Shown here piece by piece: positions 40,743-53,874 of a stretch of 64,000 nucleotides of DNA. Made by a program: the position numbers and the translations under genes. The first letter of the stretch is position 1. Each line of letters starts with the position of its first letter. This DNA is from Vicugna vicugna (lineage: Eukaryota), in NCBI GenBank assembly GCA_013265495.1, contig MU058844.1, positions 5,310,344 to 5,374,343 of the forward strand. Reading direction: 5' to 3'. The notes below the pieces were generated by a model that did no database searches, was not told the DNA's origin, and saw only the letters and a list, made by a program, of their open reading frames with translations.

Positions 40743-40879
40743 TCTATCCACTTTTATTTTATTTAATTTTTTTACTTTATTTAAAGTTTATTAATATGAA
40801 GATGTATTAAAGTATAATTGATAGTCTCCAAGTAAGGGAATAATAATCTGTTAATCCTTTGTCATTCTATCCACTTTTA
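40743..40879 (-). mobile_element. Short retroposed insert with A-rich tail and 14-bp TSD; source unidentified
   Basis: TCTATCCACTTTTA at 40743-40756 and 40866-40879; T-rich tail and TTTATT (AATAAA on -) next to the left copy. Confidence 0.7.
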
Positions 40880-42280
40880 GAAATTTCTGATGTTGACCTG
40901 AAATTGAACATCCATGACTTCATACTTAGAATTGTGATTAGAGTTACTATATCCTGACTTCAACTTTACAGTTAACATTGCAGTCTTAGGCAACAAAAAT
41001 GAGTAAGTTTTGGTTTTATAAACATTCTTGTAAAAGTTTTGAGGCTGTATATAACCAGGTAATCACAAAACAAATAGAGAATTGACATTTGTATTATTTA
41101 TCTGTTTTATAAGAAAACTCCATTGCATTAATTTGGGCAAGCAATTGAAAACAGACATTACCTTTTATCAAAATTACGATTTATTTTGATGACCTGTATT
41201 GAAAGATGAATAGAAAACTATTATCAGTTTTCACAAAATTTCCAAGGGAATTGAGGAATGCTGCAATTGTGATTTTTAACTTCGTCTTTTATCATCTTAT
41301 AATCTGTCTTCTATATAAGATAATTAGAATGTGGAATGATGTAGGGGAAAGATACTTAATTTTATAATTAAGCGTATCTCCACTGTAATCCCTGACAGCT
41401 AAACTGCTTCCTAGCTATGTGTTCTCTGGAAATTTATATATCCTTTATTTTGCTCTCCTAGAAATATTATATATTTAATATTAGGTGAAATAAAAATGGC
41501 CCCCATTCTATCTATTCTTTCAGCAGAGGTTTTGTTTGTCTCATTTTGTGCTTGTTTTGCAGCAGTAGCAGTTTGTTTTATATTCAGATAATTCTTTTTA
41601 AGTATTTGTCTTTGTATTTTATTAAAATCAATTTGGATTTTCTTTATAGGCAAATCAGAATTATCAATATATGTCTCTGTAAGTAATACAATCAGTTGCA
41701 TATTATGTAGGAGAATTTTAAAGTTTTCAAAAACATAAAAACGAAAGTTTTATCTTTGTTAGGAAAGTCACCTCCTATAAAACCTGTACTCAACATTGGT
41801 AAATGTGTAATTTCAAAACAGGGCTGATTCAAATCACATAAGGCTGTGACCTTTCCCTTGTTATTTATCACTAATAAGCTTAGCAGCAGTGAGGATGTTA
41901 GTGACAAATGTAAGAAAATAGGTCATCTTTGTTCATTTTGAATACAATAGGTACCTCTTTTCTTATGTGGTTGTCAAATTAACCCTGGGAACACTTTTCA
42001 GGTTGTCAGTTCTATATTGTTACACTATCGATGTGTACATGTTTGGCTTTATTTTGATGCCAACAAATTTAGTGCTAAAACAGCAAGTTCTTTTTCCTTA
42101 AATTCTTTCATGTCTCTTCCACCAGCTGGTATTCTTTAATTAAATTTTAGAAATGAGACATTTATCAAAGAGGAATACAGCTGTGTTCTTTGGTATCTTT
42201 TGTAAAATACATACAAATGGGTTTTCTAAAATATGCATCTTCTCTGTCTTTACAGATTATTCTCTTTTTTACTGTCCCAT

Positions 42281-42357
42281 TCTCTCTCACACACTTGTGT
42301 GCATACACACATACACACACACACACACACACTCTTTCTCTCTCTCTCACACACACC
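42281..42357. repeat. Compound (CA)n/(CT)n microsatellite
   Basis: Directly visible. Confidence 0.9.
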
Positions 42358-43689
42358 TGAGAGAAGATAGAAAATTGCAAATACTCTTCAGCATTAGCAC
42401 CTTTGAGATTGAGCTTGATGCTTTTCATACATTTTCTTTATTCTTCAGCTTTTCTGTGAGGATGACATTAGCTTCATTTTAATATAATGAAAAAAGATAT
42501 TTTGAGAGAGATAAGAGTTTGACACAGACCTCTTGATTAGCAAGTTATGGAGCTGGGATTTGAATCTTCATCTGGGATCCCCAGGTCACACTCCTTTCCC
42601 TCCCTTAAGAGAAATGAATAAAATAAGTTATTACTATAGAGGCTAGTTGATAACTATTATTCAAAATTTAAAAATTTTAAGTTCCACATAGAGAATTTAT
42701 TTAAAAATATGTTGGAGGCTAACATCCCAGTAGAGCTATTTTTTCCCCTAATTTTATGAGAGTTTCTTTCATTACTTAAGGTAGTTCTCTGATTCCAAAT
42801 CCACAGAAAGCACTTGAAAGGATATTTCAAAGAACCTCTTGAGGGGACCAGTAATAGGGGATCAACTCAGATTCCTGTGTTTCCTCTTAGATTGAAAGGC
42901 ACAAGCTTCCTTCACTATTTTCCTTCCCACAGTCCTTAATCCTAGCTCGCTAGCTTTCCAAAACTAACACCCTTGAATAAGAGGGAATCGGTGCCAAAGA
43001 CTGCTCGGAACTTTTCCAACCACAAGATTCACAGGCTCTGCTACTTTTAATTCATTATCTCCTACATATCCGTCAGTGACTCAAGCCAAAGACCAACCTG
43101 GCCAGGACACTTTCTGGTCTGCCAAAGCAACCTGTGAATGAAATAAACCAGTCCAATTCTGACAAATTATCTGTGAACAAATTAGATATTCTTCTAGCAA
43201 GCAAGTGTCAATACTGTAACCAAGCAGAGATGTCAGAAGCTGTCTCATCATGGGAATATATCAGAGAGAACATTTTTGTAACCATGGTAAATGTACTAAA
43301 CAATTTTTTCAGCATTATACTAAACTTAGACTTAGATATAGTAAGAATGAATTGGCCACATCACTAAACACAAAGCAATATTGTGATGTGGCAATTTGCC
43401 ATTGAGTTTCATACATTAATCTTACTGAACTAGATAAGTTAGTCTAAAATTATTTATGTGAAAACCCAGATAGCTTCTTGGTGCAACTTTAGTTGACTGT
43501 AATTTGTAGTTAGTCAAGTAGGCAATCTTTAAAATTTAATTTTGTGTTATATGGATAATAACCAGTAAGACAGAAACTGAATCTTTTCATAATTAGTCAT
43601 CTTGAATGTATCTTAATAATCATCCTTTAAAAAATAAGATATTCATGGGTCTCACTTGATTTAGATATAAAAGAATAGTGGGAAGAAAG

Positions 43690-43880
43690 TAATCTAACAT
43701 ATGTAAAACACTGTACTAGGTAGTTACATATATTGTAGCTGTTTTGTTCTTAAAACAACTCTGGAAAATTATTATTATTCATATTTTACAGATGGTAAAA
43801 GTGAAGCCTATAAAATGATAAGGTCACAAATTAGCAAATGGTTATTATTCTATTCAGTAGTTTGAATTCTCTACCAGCTC
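43690..43880 (-). mobile_element. MIR SINE
   Basis: 'attattattcatattttacagatggtaaaagtgaagc...aaggtcacaaattagcaaatgg'. Confidence 0.7.
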
Positions 43881-45839
43881 ATATAAGGCTCTGCTAAAGA
43901 TGCTGGTTTAAATTACTCTTTAGAAACTTATTTAGATATTTTTGAAAAGGTCTTACTTCCCCCGTTAAACTATAAGCCACTTGAGGGCTGAGATGATATC
44001 TTAAACAAATGTATCCTCCACATCAACTAATAAAGGATACCTGAAAATATACCTCATACCTGAAAATAGTTACCTGAATATAGGCTAAAAATAAAATAAA
44101 TCATGATAAGCATTCTCATACATCTATAACTTTTAGTAACATTAAGTTAGTATAATGTTTAATAAATAGCTATGTAAGTGCAGTATTTTCAAAACTGAAT
44201 TTTTTTTTATGTTCTCTCAAACTGACTTCCAATATTTCCTACTGCAGTAACTTTTTCCACTGTGTACTTGGTCATTGTGCTAGAAGGCCTTTAATTTATA
44301 CTATACTTACTCCTTTTGCACAACTACTGTATCTAATCAGTCGTCATGTTATAGATTCTACCCTATTAATATCTCGCAAATCTGTCTTGCATTCTCATGT
44401 TTGTAAAAAGATACTCAGTAAATATAATTTTATTACTAAATATACTGATTTGTGAATATATATTAGACTAATTTTATATCATATATTGCTATATATCAAA
44501 TATGTATTATTTATATAATGTGTATAATTATTATGTATGTTAATTATATATGAATGAAAAAATAAATGGCTGTACTCACCTTTTTTCACATGGCTTAGTG
44601 TTAAATTACGGAGTTTTTGCTGTGTTTAGTAGGATAGTTAGTTCATTCTAAACATTTCTCAGTTAAGGAAACAGAGGTGACTGACCAGTTTTCTAATCCA
44701 CAGAAGGAGAACTTGTCTGTGCAAAGCATTTTAGGGAGTCATTTGCAATTCTTTTCTCTAAATAGAAACACCTATTCATATTAAAGCATGGTTGCCTTTC
44801 GTAATAAAACGTGTGGATTTTTATGTTAATGCTTTGGTATATTTATAAAAATTAACCACCAAACAATTATTTCTGTGTAAGTTTACTTGACATTATATTG
44901 ATTCTTTTCTCATCTACAGTTCTTTCTTATTTCCGAGAATTAGTTGTCTTTGGGGTGTTACTTTATTACATAATAATATACACATGAGACCTCATTATAT
45001 ATCCAACTCTATTTTCAATCATTAAATCAGTGTTCTTAATAAGATAAAGTATGAAACTGCTTGAGTAGTTGCTTTCTTTAAAATGCTTCTTGAAATATTT
45101 AAAACTCTTTAGAATGGAAACTGAAAATCTTTTGTAGTGGTAAATAATGATATTATTAATTTAAGGAAAGCTAATTGAAATTAAATTGATAAATATAGTG
45201 AATTATTTTGTATACAAACTGAATTGATGCAAACTTTTTCAAATGGAGAAAAATATAAGAGTAGCATAATTATAATCACTTGACAATATAGGCAAGCCCA
45301 ACTGTGAGGCAAGTAACTTTTAAAGGAAATGTACCAAATGCCTCCATTTGTTTGTTTACCATCACTTATGTTTAGCTGCATGGATAAGAGCTTTAAAAAA
45401 AGCACTTTTGAAGTAAATCTTATTTAACTTATATACTTATTAAACTGCTATTTTGACCACATATAGTTAACCATCTAATGTAAATGAAATAATATATATT
45501 TCAAACATGAAATACCATATATGCATATTATTATAATATGTTTATTATGTAGAAATACAAATAAGAGTTTAAAAAAATCCATTCTCTGAAGGAACTCAAA
45601 ATCAATTTATAAGGGTTATATATATGGATATATATGAATATGGATATATATATATAAAATAGATATACACATTTCCTTCATAAACAAATAATTAAAAGAG
45701 ATGAATAAAAATTATTAGATTCATTATACGATAGAATCATAAGGCCTGCAGTGCCTGTAAAGGACCAAATTTTCTATTTCTTCTTCTTATTCAATAATCG
45801 GGAAAATTTTAAGAAGTGTTTCAGTCAGTTGTCCTCTCT

Positions 45840-47732
45840 ACTATTAGTTTACTGGTGCTGCCATTATGAAGTACAACAGAGTGAGTGGATCAAACAACAG
45901 AAATTTATTTTATCGCAGTTCCAGAGGTTCTAAGGCCATGACCAAAGTGTCAGTTGGGTTGGTTCTTTCTGAGGGGTTTAATGGAAAGTTCGTATTTCAG
46001 GTCTCTCTTCTTGGCTTGTAGATGGCTGTTTCCTCCTTGTGCCTTCACATCTTCTTTCCTCTGTACGTCTGTGTCCACATTTCCTCTTCCTATAAAGATA
46101 CCAGTCCTACTGGATTAGAGCCATCCACAATGACTTCATTCCAACTTAATTACCTCTCTCAGCCCACTAGGGTAGCAGTCATGTCTTTTCGCCCATCAAG
46201 GTGGTGACCTCACTTCCTTGGCCCTGTGTGGCCATGGCCTGGACTTCTGAAACTAAGGAGGTAGCCACACCTTCTGGAACTGAGAAGGAGGCCTCACTCT
46301 TTGGAACTGATGAGGCGATAAACTAATCCCCCACTTTCTGCCCCTGGGCCTGGGCCCTCTGGGCCTGGGTGACAGGGGCAGCCCTGCTGATCTCTGAACC
46401 ACCTATAGGGTCATTCTTTCCTTTTATTGAAGGATAACACATTCAGAGCCAGATAGCTGTTTTGAACCATCCTTGAGACTTCTACAAGTCCAGCAGCCTT
46501 CCCTCATTTCTCATTTTGTCCTAGCTCTGCGCAGTTAGTCTAAGTTTGCAATGTTTCATCTGATATGAAATTCTCAACCTTGGCCTCCTATGCAATTCAA
46601 GAGGGTCATTAACAGACCTTTCCTGAAAAAACAAATCTTTATTTCTGCTTTCCGCTGAGATTGTTGAATGCATCTGTGAGTCGTGTGTGTAATCTTTTTA
46701 GTGAATGATTATTCTTCATACCCTTAGTGTTCTCTTCAGAACACCCTTTCTCATTTTTTTGCAGTATGGATCAGCTGAGAATCTTCCAAAGTCCTAGTTC
46801 CTTTTTTGCTTAATGGTTTCTTCTTAAGTTTCTCTCTCCCCTCTCACATTTTACTATAAGCAGCAAGGAGTAACCAGACACCTTCAGCACCTGGTATAGA
46901 CGTGCCCTCAGGTAAATATCAAAGTTCATCACTTAACAAGTTCTGCTTTCTACAAAACACTAGAACAAATTTCATCCAAGTTCTCTGCCACTTTGTAGGA
47001 AGAATCACCTTTCCTCCAGCTCCCAATAATGTGTTCCTCATTTCCATCTGAGGCCTCACCAGAAGAATCTTTAATACGTCTACCAATGTCATATTCATGA
47101 TGATACATGTATTCTCTAGAGGGTAAAAGCTTTCTCTACAGCTCTCACCTTTCTCTCCAAAACTTCACTAGAATTGCCTGTAACATTCTGATTCCTGTCA
47201 GAGTCTTTTTGAAGCAATCTTGGCTCTCTCTAACCCACACCTCAGAATTCTCCTAGCCTCTATTCGTTACCTAGTTCCAAAGCTGTTTGTTCATTTTCAG
47301 GTATTTGTTACAGCAACAATTCACTTTCCAATACCAAATCTCTGTTAGTTTTCTAAGACTGTTATAACGAGTTACCAAAGGCTAGGTGGCTTAAGTAACA
47401 TAAATTTATTTCCTCACAGTTTTAGAGGATACAAGTCCAATATCCAGGTGTTAACAGAGCTGGTGTCTTCTGAGACCTGTCTCCTTAGCTTGTAGACAGC
47501 AGCAGTCTTCCTCCTGTGTCCTGTATCATCTTCCTTCTGTGCCCAACCATGTCCAGATTTCCACTTCCTGTAAGAACACCAGGCATATTGGAATGAGACC
47601 CATACTAGTAACCTGATGTTACTTAATTGCCCCTGTAAAGACCATATCTCCAAACATTGTCACATTCTGAGGTACTGGGATTAGGGTTTCAACATATAAA
47701 TTTGGGGGAGAGGAACAATTCAATCCATAATA
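45840..47732 (-). mobile_element. MaLR LTR-internal-LTR structure (MLT1B/C-like LTRs plus MLT1-int), partly deleted
   Basis: Full LTR at 47341-47732 followed on - by the MaLR-int start 'gatttggtattggaaagtg'; internal region ~46160-47340; partial second LTR at 45840-46157. Confidence 0.8.
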
Positions 47733-48149
47733 CGTCTTTCAAACTAATGTCATATTTAGAAATTTTTAATGGTAAGATAATATTATAGAGGAATCACTAA
47801 AAATTTTTACTCTTAAACAATTTATTTTCTGATTTTGGACATAAATTTCTAATAGTGCAAATTAAGGTCACTAATTATATTCAAGAATGAATCTTTGAAG
47901 TTAAATACTTAAAGCATTCATATATAAGTTGATGCCTCAGGTGTTTACCATATGTTACTGAATTATCTGAAATGTATTTCCACATTCTATGACAAATATG
48001 TTATCAGTGTAAAAACAAAACTGACAATCACTATTAATTACTTTTTAACTACAATCCCAGTCTATACCTCTATCAATGAAAATTTATTCCTTGATTACAA
48101 GATGCTTAAAATTATGTGAAATGATATAATCAAATTCATTGAAATGATC

Positions 48150-48521
48150 TGCAGAATCATTATATTTTTGTTTATTTTTATTTTTTCAACATTTTTTATT
48201 GATTTATAATCATTTTACAATGTTGTGTCAAATTCCAGTGTTCAGCACAATTTTTCAGTCATTCATGGACGTATACACACTCATTGTCACATTTTTTTCT
48301 CTGTGAGTTATCAAGACATTTTGTGTATATTTCCCTGTGCTATACAGTGTAATCTTGTTTATCTATTCTACAATTTTGAAATCCCAGTCTATCCCTTCCC
48401 ACCCTCCACCCTCCTGGCAACCACAAGTCTGTATTCTCTGTCTATGAGTCTATTTCTGTCCTGTATTTACGCTTTGTTTTTGTTTGTTTGTTTTTGTTTT
48501 TGCAGAATCATTATATTTTTG
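48150..48521 (-). mobile_element. Young, lineage-specific (camelid-type) 5'-truncated L1 3' UTR with perfect TSD
   Basis: TGCAGAATCATTATATTTTTG at 48150-48170 and 48501-48521; T-rich tail; L1 3' UTR 'ttttacaatgttgtgtcaaattccagtg...ttccctgtgctatacag'. Confidence 0.9.
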
Positions 48522-49489
48522 ATAATATTCAAAGCACATATATGGACACTAGTAAAAAACATATATGAAATAATTCCTGCCCTTTAGTTCATAATCTACT
48601 CTGACGTGTAATATATATGCAAAATATTAATCAAAATCCATAGAGCATGTTAATGAGACATCAAATAAGCACTACATACAATCAGTACAGATTTAGATAA
48701 GGTTGTGATAAAATGTTTAAAAATACTGCATATGAGTACAACTCCAAAGGGGGTAGACTGTAGAGTTATTGCCCTACCTTCCAGTAAACCCTTGTAAAGG
48801 CAAAAGTTAATTTAAAATGGTAGAATATATTCATAATTTTTCTAAGAAGCCAGAGGGAATGTCACTTTTTTTTTCTCCCTTGTCATTTATATACAAATTT
48901 ATGTTTTGAATCACGTTTAATGTTTTTCTCTGGGTAATTTCTCTTTGTGGTTTCACTAAAATCAAACATGAACATAAGGATGTACTTCATTATGCTCTTT
49001 TTAAACCAATAACAAAGACTTAAGATATGCTTACTTTGTTATATTTTGTTCCATTCTTCTCAAAATGTCAGTAAATTCAATAAGGTAAATTCTATAACAA
49101 AATGTCCTGAAGAAGCATGAATTCTATAAACAACAAAAACATATGTCATAACTCAGTATCTGATTTATATTGAACACCTGCAGACTAGAATTTTTTTGCA
49201 TTTGCTTTTCATTTGGAAATGGGAGAAAAAAGCACTGAGCATCATCAGTGTGACTCTTATTTATTTACATTGAACCTGCTACATGATGACATGTTTTCTT
49301 CTATTTTGGAAATACTTTCATTGTTTATTTGTCAGCATGTGGTAGGTGGAGCCTTTAAACAAAGATAAAATTTATTTAAATGTCAAAAGTACCTTACAAA
49401 AGGCTTCTGCTTTTTCCTAAAATATATAATGAAAATACTCAAAGATTTTTCATAGTGTACTTAACTGGGGGAAAGTGCTGGGTATCACA

Positions 49490-50355
49490 TAACTAAGGTT
49501 AGGCGAGTCACCAACAATCTTAAAGACGGGAGAAATTTTCTTTGGCTGATTTGAAAAAGTAAACTGCATGATATAAAAGAGTCATGCAACTAGGGCATGA
49601 GGATGGTCTCTAGCAGCCAATGGGGACTCCCTTATCTGGAAGCCAGTTAAAAAAATGCCACCGTCTAAATTCTGCCAACACCTGGATTAAGTTTGGAACA
49701 AGACCTCTGGATTCAATGGAAAGTGAAGCCCTAGCCACTACCATGATTTCAGCCTGTTGAGACCTGAGCACAGGACCCAGCAAATCCATGGTGGTAGACT
49801 GCATGACCACTCCCCAAAGACATTCACGTGTTAATCCCTGGAACCTATGATATTACCGTACACACAAAGAGACTTTTCAAGTATGATTCAGTTAAGGCTC
49901 TTAAGAAGGGAGGTTGGCCTAAATTATCCCAGTGGACACTAGATGCAAAAGTCTTTTTATGGAAAATGGTAAGAAAATCAGGAGATTAGAAGGCAGTGTG
50001 AAAGTGGAAGCAGAGATGAGAGTGATGCACTTTGAAGATGGAGGAAGGGGCCACAAACCAAGGAATACCAGAGGCCAACAGAAGCTGAGAATAGGTGAAG
50101 TAGTGGAATCTTCCAGGAGAGCATCCAGAAGGAACCAGACTTGTTGCCCTCTGACACCTTAGCTTTAGTTTAGTTAAATTGATTTCAGATGTCTGATCTC
50201 TAGAAATATAACAAATATAATATAAATTTAAGCATTTTAAGGAAGTGAACATACTCCTGCTGATTCCTGACCCATGGAAACTGTGAAGTAGTAAATTTGC
50301 ATTGTTTTAAGCACTAGATTTGTGGTAATTGCTATGCATCAATAGAAAACACACA
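49490..50355 (+). mobile_element. Older MaLR LTR (MLT1F/G/H-like) interrupted by an MLT1D-like LTR at ~49789-50255
   Basis: Outer LTR '...gacctgagcacaggacccagc' resumes as 'ttcctgacccatggaaactgtga...caatagaaaac'; inner LTR 'tggtggtagac...cactttgaagatggaggaaggggccac'. Confidence 0.78.
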
Positions 50356-50576
50356 ATGTCTACAGATAAATTACAGTTATCCCACAACATTATTTAACCT
50401 TGAACTCCTTCTATTCTCTCTCTCATATGACCCAAATTAACTCATATTCAAGCTGAAGTAATCAAGTTACAGACCTCCAAGAGCAATGCACTGCTGCTCT
50501 GCTTACGCTGTTCACCAAGAGGAGCACAGGCTTTCCTTTTGTTTTCTTGTATTGAATGCTATCAGCCCATGAAGAC

Positions 50577-50930
50577 TGTCTTAATCAGTTTAGACTGTTA
50601 TAACAAATTACCATAGACCGGGTGAATTAAACAACAAATAATTATTTCTCTCCATTCTGGAGACTGGAGACTCAAGATCAGCAGGCCAGAATGGTTGGAT
50701 TCTGTTGCAGGCTCTCTTCTTGATTTATAGGTGGCTGTCTTTTGACTGTATCTTCACATGAAGGAGAAAGAGAAGCCTAAAGCTCTTTTTTGTTTTTTCT
50801 TGTGAGGACACTAACCCCCTCATGGAGCTTCATCCTCATGATCTAATTACTCCCCAAAGGCCCCATTCTCTTATTAGGGATTAAGATTTCAACACACAAA
50901 TTTCGAGGGGACATAAATATGTCCTTAACA
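50577..50930 (-). mobile_element. MaLR solo LTR (MLT1A-like)
   Basis: TGTCTTAATC...CCTTAACA termini; near-TSD AAGAC/AAGAG. Confidence 0.88.
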
Positions 50931-50984
50931 AAGAGCAGTCCTAAAACTCAGCTTTCCCAAAATATTATGCCCAAATCAGAATAT

Positions 50985-51630
50985 TTTTAATGGTCTTACT
51001 GAGGTATAATTGAATATAATAAATTACACATATTTCAAGTGTACACATTAAGTTCTGACGTATGTATACACCTATGAAACCATCATCAAAATTAAGATAG
51101 TGAATATATCCCCTCCCCAAAGTTGCTTCATGCCCGTGTGTAATCCTTCCCTACAAATTCTCTTTGCACTGAATTTCCCCAGGTAATCACTGATATGCTG
51201 TCACTATAAGTTTGTGTGTTTCAGAATTTTATGGAAGTGGAATCACATACTACACTCTTTTGTCTTGCATCTTTCACTTCATATAATTATTCAGAGATTC
51301 ATCTATGCTGTTGTATAGCAGTTCTCTCCTCTTAAGCTAAGTACTCTCAACAATATGTCCCCAATTCGGGGAATCTCTGGGGTTCCATCTGGATCCCCTT
51401 TCCTTTGCTGTGGTCTGGGCATGCTTTCAGTAAGCTGGGGCAGTACAGGACTCAGCGTTTTGTTCCTTATTTCCAGCATGAGACAACATTTTGTTTCTCA
51501 TTTCTCAGGGATCGTTGTCCTTCCTTGCCTCATGTTGAAATCTGTGTCATATATTTTGTGTAGGTTATTTTTTTCTTGACCGTTTCAGGCAAGAGAATCC
51601 TTATGACTTCATCTTGGATGGAGATGGAAA
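50985..51630 (-). mobile_element. Old L1 fragments (L1MC/MD-like 3' end joined to a probable L1 5'-region fragment)
   Basis: 'tactgaggtataattga...tatgtatacacctatgaaaccatca...atggaagtggaatcacatac' up to ~51345; the distal part is less certain. Confidence 0.65.
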
Positions 51631-52074
51631 CCCCAAACAGTTCTGAATTCTTCTAGAATTAAATTTATTACCATAATCATTCATTTTATGTTTGCCATTT
51701 GCTATTTTGAAAAGATGCTTACCTTTTCATCTACAAGGTATGAAATATAAATAAGTTCTTGTATTTTATTCTATATCTGTCACCAGTACAGTGCTCTGCT
51801 CATGTTTGTGTTCAGGAAAACTCAGACCGTGGTGTCAGACACATAAAAGCAGTACAAGTAAGCTCCTGTAGAATTTTATGATGTGATCCTTAGAGTTACC
51901 AATTTTGCCTAATAAAATATCTACCTTTATGATTCAACTTCTTCATACTTGACCCATTGCATTCATCTGACTTTGAAAATTGTAGCAATATGTAAATATG
52001 ATTACATGCAGAAATCTCCAAAACTCGATTGCCTCTGAATTTTAATTTTATTGCTTTTCATCTGAATGAATTTA

Positions 52075-52230
52075 AGAAATTTACTAAGTCTGTCTGTGCC
52101 TCAGTTCCCTTATCTCTATAGAAAGAAGGTTAAAAAATGAACTTATCTCAAAAAGTTGTGCAAGGATTTGATGAGTTAACAAAAGAATAAATTAAGGACA
52201 GTTGTACTTAAGAATTGTGCTAAGTAAAAG
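52075..52230 (+). mobile_element. MIR SINE
   Basis: MIR core 'ctgtgcctcagttcccttatctctata...gttgtgcaaggattt'. Confidence 0.72.
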
Positions 52231-53874
52231 TTAAAGTTTTTTTTTAAATATTTAGAAATGAAAAAATTTTCTAGCTTTGTTCTCTAAGATATTGTGGCAT
52301 GTGAAAACTCCTTCAATGCCTCTTTATCCAAATATGTTTCTGTGATAACCTGCCGACTTGGTCTAGCAAAACCTTTAGTGGTATATGATTGCAAAGTTTT
52401 ATAGTAATTTACTTTTGTGACACCAATGTGAAAACTGAAGGAACCTTTGGTAATTGAGATGTAGTTTGTGGAATTTCAGTAGAAACTCATGATGTAAGAT
52501 CTCAATCAATAGCTCTGCCACATATCATAAGAAAAATGTAAAGTGTCCCATAAATTGTGCTCAATATAAAATGTTCTTTGGAAAACTTCAAAAAGAAGTC
52601 TTTATGGGAAGGTATTTTCTCACTTACTTTACCCTGCAGATGCTGTATATGATATCCATTGGTTTCATAATAACTGAATTTAAAAGGTTTTAAAAGTGAC
52701 CAGATATGACCCATGGAGGACATAAGAATTTCAGCTGTTAAAATTGAGGTGAGGCTATTGTTGTAGCTGAATTGGAAACTGAAATACTACTTACTGTTAG
52801 ACAGAACAGTTATTTTTAGTGCCTTGAGGTTAAAGTCATCGGGAAGGCAAGAATCAGGGGGTTGTATTACATTGTAGGGAGCTGTCCCTATTGTAGCAGT
52901 TTCATTTGTGACTATCCTTTACATTTTCAAACAAAATACATATTCTAAGAAGAACAATAATCCTTCTGTTAAAAATATTAAACTGTATGCAGGTATCAAA
53001 GCTGTAGGCAGCATTTTTAAATCACTTCAGAAGGAATAGAGTGTCCCAATGATACACGTCGAGAAGTGGATAAAATAGATGGCAGATACAGATCCCTGAA
53101 CTTACACACATGCACTCCACTTAAATTAGAGGTGCCTCCTCGATATATTTAGCCTACTGGCTTTCACTGCAAGCATGTATTTTAAAAATAATTTCTTGTT
53201 TAAGTTTCAAAGTGTCTGCATTATAGCATTTTTCCCTGTCAAGGGAAAATATATATTAGTACAAGGCATACAATACATTTTGGGCTGTTTAGTATGTGCT
53301 TCATGCAAAGGTTTTGAGGACTATTCTGATCTTAACTTTTAGATAAATCAACAACATCAATTTTGATATAATTTAAAAGGCTTGGCAAATGCTTATTATC
53401 GTTGCTTTGTTATAAAATTGAAGTGAGGCTAACACTTTGATTCATTGGAAATGTAATTACTACTGTTTTTTGAACAGTTATCTTTCAGTGCTTCGAGAGT
53501 AAATCAGTAAAAGTGTCAGAGCCAAAGTTTTTATTGCAACTGTCCCTATACCCTGTGTTCCATGCCAATATATGGCTTTTTCTTTCATGGATTTGAACAT
53601 ATGTTATAATAATGTGGTGTAGCAAAATAATAATAGTGTGATAAATTAAAGGAAATAGTTCTTGTTTCTGCTGACAGTGTTTTATGCATAGCATTTTGCT
53701 TTTTTAGTTTTAAGGTTTTTAAAATTTTTATGGAAAATAATGATATGATAATCTATATACTTGATATGGTGGCTGTTAAAGTCAAATGAAACAAAATACA
53801 TGATAATATTTTAAAGGATGTAGAATTCTAAGAAATATAAGTAATTAGTTTGATTTGGAGGAGGGAATTTATTT

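Noticed and set aside
52877..52904. Small hairpin 'tacattgtaggga-gctg-tccctattgta' as a possible miRNA precursor
   Set aside because: Stem is too short and bulged for a pre-miRNA.
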